A stretch of DNA of 63,758 nucleotides, counting the filler, from Folioceros fuciformis (taxonomy: Eukaryota): the NCBI GenBank assembly GCA_049999805.1. It is 8 parts of 8 records of this genome, joined end to end, with 100 filler letters (N's around TTAATTAATTAA, not from the genome) between each part and the next. Parts side by side here need not be neighbours in the genome. Positions count along the whole stretch, not along the records: positions 1 to 27,648 come from JBNGIO010005884.1; positions 27,749 to 32,569 come from JBNGIO010005891.1; positions 32,670 to 37,738 come from JBNGIO010005892.1; 5 more parts are not named here. One strand, 5' to 3'. The notes under the pieces are model-generated. The model did no database searches. It saw only the letters and a program-made list of their open reading frames with translations, and had not been told where the DNA came from. Below, piece after piece: positions 25,110 to 35,600 of this stretch. The position numbers were made by a program, and so were the translations under genes. Every line of letters begins with the position of its first letter. Within the stretch, counting starts at the first letter, position 1.

Positions 25110-26211
25110 ATGGGCAGAGACGACGGGGACAAGGGCTGGCTGTGGCGCCTGCCCACAATCGAGACTCCGGAGTGGGGGAAGCTCGGCCCGGCCTTCGGTT
25201 ACGGCATCGGGTGCGGAATTGGAGTCGGAGCTGGTGTCGTCGGTGGTGCGTGTCTCACAGCTTTTTCCTGCTTCATTTTCGTTTCATGCATCTTTCAGAG
25301 CTGCAGAATCCGACATCCAGGCTTGATTCCGTGTTGTTCTTGGTGTGCCCGCTGGAATGGATTGATTCAAGTTTGGATTGTGAACTGGCAGTCCGTTTTT
25401 TCACTACTCTGGGATCATCTAGGTCTTTCTCTCTCCTTTCTTGTCCGAATTTCTGCTAGAATCCTCGTGGTTTTCTGTTCCGGTTGTAGAGGGTAGATTG
25501 CACCAGGAGCTAAGAGTCCAGCCAATGGCAGTTACTTCTTGGTGTGCTTGCTGTAATGGGTTGATGGAGGTTGGATTTTGAACTGGCAGTCCGATTTTTT
25601 TCTGCAGTGAGCATCATTTAGGTCCTCCATTCTCCTTTCTTGTTCGAATTCTTGCCACAATGCTTTGTGGTCTCTAGTTTCGGTACCAGAGGAGTGCGAT
25701 TAGGAGCTAAGACTCAGCCAGTGGCAGTTACTTGTCAAGCATGTCAATTGAAAGAGGTTGAGAGTGCAACAAAGTGGACCATGCTCCATCAAAACAGCCC
25801 TTGGTATCAATCCATGCTTGTCTGTGCCGCAGGAGCCGGATTGGGGTTCGGATTCCCTGGGCTGCAGTTTGGAGTTGGAGTTGGTGCGGGTTGCGGCCTC
25901 GGCGTGGGGTTTGGTTACGGTTTGGGTAGGGGGAGAGCTTATGATGAAACTTCTCGCTACAGCAATATCGGAAAGCTCGGCCCCAGGCGGCAGAATCAGT
26001 CCGGCGCAAGCGGGTGAGAGATTCGTTTCGTCAGTTGCTGCATTCAGATTTCTGAATCTTGATCAAGCCTTTCTTAGCTTCCGGCATCTCAAATTGATTC
26101 TCGCTCTTCTGCAGGGCGGAGCTGGGCGCAATGGTTGATGACTTGATAGCAGGAATCAGGTCGGCTTTCGAAGGTGTTGCAGACGATGGAGCTAAAAGGA
26201 AGAGACGGTAG
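25110..26211 (+). CDS. Conserved glycine-rich (GxGxG) membrane-type protein, 3 exons
   Basis: KGWLWRLP...GKLGPAFGYGIGCGIGVGAGVVG|GAGLGFGFPGLQFGVGVGAGCGLGVGFGYGLGRGRAYD...YSNIGK; last exon ends KRKRR*. Confidence 0.8.
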
Positions 26212-26321
26212 TGCTTAGTTTTGCGTTTCGTAAACGGATCCATGTGAAAGAAATCGCAGAGGAGTTGTTGAGGACCTATCGAACGGGATTCTTTGTGTAT
26301 ACTAATGATTGTGACATTTAC

Positions 26322-27648
26322 TCAAAGAGGAAGCACAGACTGGCACCGCCTCGATTCGGATTTCTGTGTCGGAGAGGCATGAGGGAGGAAGAGGAGAACG
26401 TTGTAGAAGAGCTCCATGGTGACATCCAGGGGACCCGGCAAGCAGTAATGCAAGCAGTCCTTTGGCGGGCTGACGTGAGCTTCCGGCCGCAGACTCACGG
26501 GGATGGCCACATCCAGGAAGATGAAGCCCATGGCGTCCGTCATCTCACGGGCTAGCTTGTTCTGCCGCTCGTACTCTCCCCAGTGGTGTGGAAGCTTCTC
26601 CGTGGACGCCGAGGTCGTCAAAGGAGCCCCGGTTTCCACGCTGCAATTCAGGTGGCCTGCCAAGCTGCAAAGTGAGTCCCAGTCTCAGGCAGCAGGGATT
26701 GCGTGCGTCGGCCAGGCGTACCTCGTGGTGTGCTGCGGTAAAAGACTTGCACGCTGGGATATCGAACCTGCAGAACATGGAACGTGTTGCGCAGAGTCTC
26801 AGTGTAGTTCCCGTCGCCCTCGAAATGCGCGCCTCTGTTGAGCAAGAGTAGCGAGACGTTCCATTGGTGCACCAGGTGGATCCACGGGAACTCCGTGAAT
26901 CCTGACTTGTCTCGCAGCCATTTGAGGTGCACTGTGTTGAGAGAAAGTCGGTCATTCCTCACAAAGCCCGCGTAGAAGCCTCCGTCTACGACATCAGCGC
27001 ACAAACGGTATCTGGTTTGCACCGTTCTGTCGTTCCGGAGAGGCACCTGGACGCCTGTGGTGTTAGGTTCGGTGTAATCCATGAGCATGTAGTACACTTC
27101 CTGGCTGATGGAGTCCCCCACAATCAACTCTGCTGCCAACTCTTCTGACCAGTTCTCCAGTGCAGAACAGCATCAACCAGTTCAATCTTTCCACACGGAA
27201 TTCTGGATTCCCTCGCGCGGGAAACCGATCGGTTGACAGCAGCAGCAGGACTTCAAGAGTTCAGGAAATGATACTAACCTGCAGAAATTATGCCTATTGA
27301 AAGGCAAGAGTGGACAGGTTTCATCCGTCTTCCACTGCCACTTCAGTTCCTTCCTCACCTGACAATTTAAAGCATGGCCTCGAGGGGCCAGATGAGATCG
27401 AGTTCTTCCAACTTCAAGGATACGTCATACAAAGTTGTAAGCTGCATAGCTGAAATGGGAGCTGGTTGTGAAAAACCTTCCAGTTGCCTCCGCCTGCAGC
27501 AATTTCATTTGCCTCAACTCCGGAAACAGCTCCTGGTGTAGAATTGTGCCATCTTTTATCGCACGATTCATAAATCTCTGCCCCCCACACCTTGGGAGGG
27601 ATGTACCTGGGTGTGTTGTTGTAAATCCATCTTCCTGTACGTCTGGAC
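26322..27648 (-). CDS. TBL/PC-esterase (trichome birefringence-like O-acyltransferase), 5' end lost in the gap
   Basis: GRWIYN; LKWQWKTDETCPLLPF; LIVGDS (GDS motif); VFYRST; DCLHYCLPG (DxxH motif). Confidence 0.88.
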
Positions 27649-27748
27649 NNNNNNNNNNNNNNNNNNNNNNNNNNNNNNNNNNNNNNNNNNNNTTAATTAA
27701 TTAANNNNNNNNNNNNNNNNNNNNNNNNNNNNNNNNNNNNNNNNNNNN
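27649..27748. other. Artificial contig linker/gap
   Basis: N run + TTAATTAATTAA (stops in all six frames) + N run, 100 nt. Confidence 0.97.
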
Positions 27749-30700
27749 TGGGGTGTTGTTTCTGGGACAGTCCCTAAACCTGCCCCCACAGCTCCTCAAG
27801 CTGATAGAGATGCTTGGGCCAAACTTGATCTTCGTGCACTAGCTGTCATACAGTGTGCACTTGATGGCACAATGATGCACCACACACGTGAGGCTGAGTC
27901 CACAAAGGCTGTCTGGGATGCACTTACACAAGTCTACCAAGTAGTAAATGGATCCTCGCTTGTGAGTGCAACTCGAGATTTCTACAATTGCAAAATGAGG
28001 GAGCATGACTCCGTTGAGCACCATATAATCAAGTTCAGGACCTTGAGATCTAATCTTACCTCAAGCGGAACGAAGACCACAGAGATGCAGGCAGCAGTTG
28101 CTTTGCTTCTCTCTCTTCCAGAAAGTTATCGCACTTTCGTGAGCAATCAAAGCTCGTCACTTCGGCAAGCAGCACAAGTTGCCCCACCTGGAACTCAACC
28201 AGCTGTTACACTCTCGAATGTTATTGGTGCTCTTCTCGAGGAAGAGTCAACCCGCAAAGCAAGCAGGGGTACCTCCCACAAGGGAGAGTCTTCAAATAGG
28301 GCGCTCTACATGAACAGAGGCCCAAAAAGACAGCCTCGTCAGCCTTGGCAGCAACAACACAATCCGGGAGTCAGCAACTCTTACAAAAAGCGTCCTCCAG
28401 CTGGTGGTGCGAAGAAGAAGGGGCCCTGTAATTGGTGCCTCATTCCAGGTCATTGGGAAGCAGAATGTCGTAAGAAGAAGGCTGGTGAACCAAGACGAAC
28501 TTCACCACCTGCTGAAGCAAACATTACACAGCGCAAGACAGCCACTCTTCTTGCTGTATGCATGGTCTCCACGACCACCAACAAGCGTGTCTGGTACATT
28601 GACAGTGGAGCATCAGCACATTGCTGTCATGACAAACATGCTTTTGCTGAGTACCGACATGTCCCACCTGGTCAGTTTGTCTTGCTTGGAGATGATAGTG
28701 GACTACAAATTGTTGGTATAGGCACTGTCCCTGTTCAGTTAGCGGATAGAACCACTTTGCATTTACTAGATGTCCTGCATGTACCCTCTATGGTCAAGAA
28801 TCTAGTATCTGTCCGCAAACTTACCTCTCAACATGTGCTTGATGTGTCCTTTTCTGGGCTGCATTGTGTCATCACAGACCCACAGTATAAAAATAAAATA
28901 TTGGCTAAGGGGACACCTCTTCATGACCTATATCAGCTTAACATCACTTCTAAGCTAGGTCTCAAGTCCATAGCAGCAGGTGTTCATTTTACTCACAACT
29001 CCAAGCAAAAGGATCTGTCCATGCTGTGGCATTGCCGTCTTGGTCATGTCAACTTTGACAAGTTGCAGACCATGGTGGCTAGCAATACTTTATACAGGGA
29101 GAAGTTTATGCTTCAATTTGCTGAAAAACAGTTTTGTGAGGCATGCGTTTTCGGCAAACATCACCAACTCCCATACAAGGATGAGAATCCTACCATAGCC
29201 GCAAAACTGTTGGAGTTGGTCCATAATGACCTATGTGGCCCTATGTCTGTTCCATCTCTTGGTGGTGCTCTCTACATGCTTTCCTTTGTGGACGACTGGA
29301 GCAGATACGCTGTCATCTATCTTATCAAGGAGAAAAGCCAAACTTTCGGCTGTTTCCAGGAATACCTGTCCTATGCTCAGCGTCAAACTGGTGAACTTCT
29401 CAAAGCCCTGCGCAGTGATGGTGGAGGTGAGTACACTTCGAACCAGTTTCAGGATTATTGTAAGGAGCTGGGGATTGCTCGGCAGGTTACTGTGCCGTAC
29501 ACATCCTCCCAAAATCCTATTGCTAAGCTCCACAACAAGCATGTTCAAGAAACCGCCAAATCTATGTTGAAGCTAGCAGGTTAGCCTAAAACTTACTGGG
29601 CTGAGGCTGTTGCTACTGCTGTCTATATTCAAAATCGGCTTCCCACTAAAGCTTTTGATGGAGCAACACCATTTCAGAGGTGGACAAATCACAGGCCTGG
29701 GATCAATCACCTAGGGTTTAGGGTTCCCCTGCTTATGCACATCTTGCAGAAAAGCAACGTGTTAAAATGGACTACAAAGCTAGGAAATACGTCTTCATAG
29801 GGTACACAGAGGGAGTCACGGGCTATAAACTGTATGACCCCACTACTAGGTTTACTACACATGCCCGCAGTGTAGTATTCCATGAACAACTCTTGTTGAA
29901 TCCATCACCTAGTCGTACCTTGTTAGACGATGCATCCTCTAGCCAGTTGGTTGATAATGAGGAAACTCGCCGTGACCATACATCCCTCTCATACCCACCT
30001 GTCCATGCTAGTATGCCACAACCAAGTAACTCAGTCCCTGACAGTGAATCAGATGAAGAACCAAGCGAGTTCCCGAACAATGACAGTGAGGATGAGGCAG
30101 AGGCAGACACTCAGGAGTCTGCAAACAACCATGATGAGGGTGAGTCTAACATACATGATGATACAGAGAACGAATTTTCAGCGGATGAAAACCATGCTGA
30201 CAGTGAGGAGGAGGAGATACCAGCACCAGTAGCTGTTCCGCCACCTGAACCAGTTAATCTGAGGAGAGGAACTGATTTGGGACCACGGCGTCATACATCA
30301 TCTCCGGCTGAATGGCTACAGCCACCCCTCACATATGAGTCATTCTTAGTTCAAGAGGACAGCACACCCATAGATGTTGGAGACCCACAGTCATATCAGG
30401 AGGCTATTACTTCCAAGGACGGACAGAAATGGACGGAGGCCATTGAATCTGAGTACCAGTCCTTGACTGATAACAAAACATGGGTGCTTGAGGACTTGCC
30501 ACCAGGAAGGAAACCCGTCACGTGCAAATGGGTATTTAAAACGAAGCTGGATGCAGATGGAAACATAACAAGATACAAGGCTCGTCTGGTAGCATGTGGC
30601 TACAGCCAGGTAGAGGGTCTTCATTACACTGAGACATTCTCACCTGTGGTATGTGCGACCTCCATCCGAGCTCTTCTTGCTATAGCAGCCCAGCATGATT

Positions 30701-32317
30701 ACTTGTTACAGCACATGGATGTCAAGACTGCTTTCCTAAATGGCAATTTGGAAGAAAAAATCTACATGCAACAGCCTAAGGGTTACGTAGACCCAAAGCA
30801 GCCTCATAAGGTATGTAGATTAGTCAAAACTATCTATGGTATAAAGCAGTCACCCAGAGAATGGTTTAAGCGGATAGACACATACCTTAAAAGCTGTGGT
30901 TTCATTCAAAGTGAAGCTGATTCAAATGTATACAAGTTACATGATAGCAAAGGGGTCGCTTACCTTGCACTATATGTAGACGATGCTGTCATAATAGCCA
31001 GCTGCCCAGAGTTGATGACCAAAGTCAAGTCAATCCTGATGTCAGAGTTTTCCATGACTGATTTAGGGCAGCTGACCTTCTTCCTAGGAATACGCATTCA
31101 CCAAAACCTTGCAAAGCATACTATTTTCATCCATCAGACACAATTTGTACATCAAGTTTTGGCTAGGTTTAGACTCTAAAATGCAAAGCCTGCACCTACA
31201 TCCATGGCAACAGGGGAAAAGCTGTTAGTAGATCAATGTCCCAAGACTGAGCAAGAGAGACAACAAATGGAGTTGGTGCCCTACAGACCTGTTGTAGGCG
31301 TACTAATATACTTTAGGAACTAGACCAGACCTGAGCTCTCTCATTCAGTGGGAGTTACCTCCCAGTTTCTGTCCAACTATGGAAGTGCACACTGGGGTGC
31401 AGTACAACGAATCCTGCGATATCTTGGAGGCACTCCAAATCTTGGGCTCCTGTACAGCAAACGTCCAACTAACTTGCTACTTACCTGCTTCACAGATGCT
31501 GACTGGGCTGCTGACTCCGACAGTCGCAGGTCAATCAGTGCACATTGCCTTATGTTGGGGCAGGATGAATTTCACTCTACAGTGATTGGATGGCATAGCA
31601 AAAAGCAACAGGTGGTAGCACTCTCATCCACCGAGGCAGAGTACATCTCTACCACCACAGCTGCTCAAGATATTGTTCATGCAAGAGAGTTGCTGAATTC
31701 ACTAGGAGAAAAATAGGAAGCTTCTACCCTACTTCTTAGTGATAACCAATAAGCAATTGCACTTGCACAAAATCCTATTATGCACGCTAGGACTAAGCAC
31801 ATTGAGATCAAGCACCATTTCCTTCGCCAAGTAATCTCAGAAGGGTATGCAAATCTGCAGTATGTACCTACAGACTTGAACACAGCAGATATCCTGACCA
31901 AAGCCCTACCTCGTGATAAGCACGAAAAATTCTGTAGAGCTTTGGGGTTGGTAGCAAACCCGGATACTTAGCCTAACATGCACGCATCTCGACATCGTCA
32001 CTCAGCTCGCGAAGACCCAAGACTGTGAAGTTACTCCAGCAGTAAAGAATGAATGCAAGGCTAAGTGGGAGTAAAGATAAAGTACATTCATTATTAAGTA
32101 GCCAAGCATTAATTAAATAGAGATAATCCCGATATGAAATGCTAGATATAGAAAGGCAAAGTATTAGGGTCGTGACTCTAAGTATCAACCGTCACACTTC
32201 ACGGGACACCACCAACGGTTGCCCTGCACACCTTTTAAGGCCACACGGCCTAAGCTATCTACTACTCACTTCTTGAATCTCTCTCTTGCCTCTCCCGCGA
32301 TCCTCCTTCGATCTTTA
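27749..32317 (+). mobile_element. Ty1/Copia LTR retrotransposon 1 (gag-PR-IN-RT-RH, several stops and a frameshift, 5' end in gap)
   Basis: CNWCLIPGHWEAEC knuckle; WYIDSGAS; LWHCRLGH; LRSDGGGEY; CKWVFKTK, MDVKTAFL, LYVDD; FTDADWA; ARTKHIEIKHHF; PPT-like GCTAAGTGGGAG at about 32060-32071. Confidence 0.95.
32072..32317 (+). repeat. Putative 3' LTR (246 bp) with non-canonical TAAAGAT...ATCTTTA termini
   Basis: Begins directly after the PPT. Perfect 7-bp terminal inverted repeat. Followed immediately by coding sequence of a different Copia. Confidence 0.7.
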
Positions 32318-32569
32318 TGTCAAGAGTGGAGCATCAAAGTGAGCTTCGATGAAAAGCAGTGTAGACTGGTTGATAGCAAAACTCATGCCGAGATGGCCAT
32401 CGGAGCGTTGGATTTAGACCTGTATAGGCTCAACTGTCGTACTTATGTTGGAATACATGTGAATAACTCACATCCTCGGACGCATCTGGCCAGGCACTTA
32501 GATGTAGATAGTAATCAGCTGTTGTGGCATTGTCGCTTGGGACACCCAAACTACAACAAAATGAAGAGC
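32318..32569 (+). mobile_element. Fragment of a host Copia (protease to GAG-pre-integrase) interrupted by element 1
   Basis: CQEWSIKVSFDEKQC...DLYRLN...LLWHCRLGHPNYNKMK. Confidence 0.8.
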
Positions 32570-32669
32570 NNNNNNNNNNNNNNNNNNNNNNNNNNNNNNN
32601 NNNNNNNNNNNNNTTAATTAATTAANNNNNNNNNNNNNNNNNNNNNNNNNNNNNNNNNNNNNNNNNNNN
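32570..32669. other. Artificial contig linker/gap
   Basis: Same 100-nt N/TTAATTAATTAA/N structure. Confidence 0.97.
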
Positions 32670-35600
32670 GGATAACTAACACCACATGAGTTTAGCTCAT
32701 ATAGAGCTCGATAACTCAACACTCCCCCTCGAGCTCAACAGAGCATTTGTACGCCTAACATAGCTCGGAATTTCTTCAGCTTCTCTGCTCCCATTGGCTT
32801 AGTAAATATATCGGCTATCTGCTCGTCTGTGTTGACATACACAAGATCAATAGCTCCAGATAAAATCCGTTCGCGAAGAAAATGATAATGTATTTCAATG
32901 TGTTTTGTCCTGGCATGAAACACTGGGTTTCGCGCCAACTGTATGCTGCTAAGATTGTCACAGTAGATAACAACCTTGTCGTTGACCTGCAATCCAAAAT
33001 CTCCGAGTAACTTACAAATCCAAGTCACTTCACACGCTGCCATTGCTGCGCCTCTGTATTCAGCTTCTGTACTAGACAAAGCCACTGTAGGCTGCTTCTT
33101 GCTACTCCATGTAATTGCTGCACTCCCAAGTGAAAAAATGAATCCACTTGTAGATCTACGATCAGTAACACTGCCTGCCCAATCTGCATCTGTGTACCCA
33201 CACAGGTTTATTTCTAAATCTGCAACATAAAAGAGAGCATGATCCATAGTTGCCTTCACATAGCGCAACGTTCGCCTTACTGCATCCAAATGTGGCTTTC
33301 TTGGCGCTTGCATAAACTGACTTTGCAATCCCACTGTATAGTTCAAATCTGGTCGGGATAGAGTGAGATATATCAAGCTACCCACAATCTTCCTGTACAT
33401 TGTTGGATCTTCAAGTGCTTCACCATCATGAGCACTGAGCTTTAGATTTTGATCCAAAGGAATCGAGATTGGCTTGCACTCAACCATACCATACTTAGTT
33501 AGTACATCCGACGCATACTTCCGCTGTGACAGCCAAATGCCTGTGTTGGTTCGTATAATTTCAATGCCCAAAAAGAACCTCAGTTCACCTAGGTCTGCCA
33601 TCTTGAACTCTTGTTGTAGAAGTTCTTTGATCTGCTCCACTTGATCCAACTGATTACCTCCAATGATTAGATCATCCACATAAATAGTCACAAAGACCAG
33701 TCGTTTTGTACTTTTGCACACATACAACGAATGATCCGCATCTGCCATGTTGAATCCGATGTGAATCAGATGCTGAGCAAGACGCTCATGCCAAGCCCTC
33801 GGGGCTTGCTTCAGTCCGTACAACGTTTTTTTCAGCTTGCACACATGATTTGGATGATCCAAATCCTCATAACCTGGTGGCTGGTCCATGTATACTTCTT
33901 CCAGCAATTCTCCATGTAAAAACGCATTCTTCACATCCATATGATGTAGGACCCAACCTTTCGATGCCGCTAGTGCGATCACGGTTCGAATTGTTGCCAT
34001 TTTGGCAACTGGACTGAACGTCTCCTCAAAATCTATTCCATATGTCTGGGCATGTTCCTTGGCCACAAGCCTTGCCTTGTACCTGTTGATACTACCATCT
34101 GCATTGTGTTTGACCTTGTACACCCATTTGCAACCTATTGGTTTCTTGCCTTCAGGTAGTTGTACTAGGTCCCATGTTGCATTCTGATTTAACGCATTCA
34201 TTTCTTCATCCATAGCATGTTCCCACTTTGTGTCTCCAATAGCTTCTTCAAAGCTTCTTGGTTCCACATCCTGTACAACCTTTGCCATATAGGCATGGTG
34301 CCTAGCTACATAGCTATCATAGGTCAACCGCTGTATTGGAACCTTCTGCCTTCCAGATCTCCGTGGGATTGAACCACTTCCAGGGGCTGATTGAACCTCT
34401 TTTGCACCAGGTGTTTCAATTTTCGGTACACCGAATTCCTCATCCAAGCTCTGCTCAGAGTCGCTTGAATCATCCGCACCTGCACTTAGGTCTGGTATCT
34501 TTGAATCCTGGACTGTTTCCTTCCCTTTGCGAGACACAGCTGTGGAGCTCGTAGGACTCACACTACCTCGCAACCTGCCACTCCATGGATTCTGAACATT
34601 TGTCGAGTTTGATGACGCTTGCGGTCCACTCAACACTTGTGATTGTTGACCTGCATTGCTTGTTACCTCAGTTTCAAGCAAATCAGCTACACTACTTCCT
34701 TGTACTTCAAAGTACCAGCTACCCATTTCATCAAAGACTACGTCTCTGCTTACTCTCATAGTCCGTGTACTGGGATTGTAGCACCTGTATCCTTTCTGTG
34801 TAACAGAATACCCAATGAAGACACACTTTTCTGCTTTTGGATCAAGCTTAGTCCGCAACTCATCCGGAATATGGACATAAGCAATGCAACCAAATACCTT
34901 TAAGTGTGACAAGTCAGGTTTCTTTCCTGTGAACTTCTCCTCCGGTGTTACACTGTGCACCGCTGCTGTGGAAGTTCTGTTCATGATGTACACTGCTGTG
35001 CTTACAGCTTCAGCCCAATAGTAGTGAGGCATCTTCTTCTCTGTCATCAATGCTCTCGCCACTTCTGCTATGTGCCTGTTCTTGCGCTCTGCAACTCCAT
35101 TTTGTTGTGGCGTATAACGACATGAGTACTGCCGTTGAATGCCCTGTTCTGATAAGAATTTGCTGAACTCTCTGGAGAAGTACTCTCCCCCTCCATCAGA
35201 TCTTAGGCATTTGATGTGCCTACCTGTCTGCTTCTCAACCATCGCCTTGAAAGTATGAAAATGAGTAATCACTTCACTTTTTTCTTTCATGAAATAGACC
35301 CACACCTTCCTTGTGTGGTCGTCAATGAAGGTCACATAGTACTTGCAGCCTCCGATTGATGCAGTCTGTGTAGGACCCCATACATCTGAATGCACAACAT
35401 CCAACACATATCTGCTGACATGTTTGTCATGGGGGAACGCATTCCTAGGCTGTTTCCCAAGTTGACATGCTTCACATATACCTTGCAGTCCATTTTCTGT
35501 AAGCTTGGGTATGCCTGTGACAACCTTCTGATGCTGCATGGACTTCAACTTCTGCACATTTACATGTCCAATGCGTTTGTGCCACATCTCTAGGTCTGTC

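Noticed and set aside
27693-27704. TTAATTAATTAA recurring seven times between N runs
   Set aside because: Fixed 100-nt artificial linker with six-frame stops; not a biological repeat.
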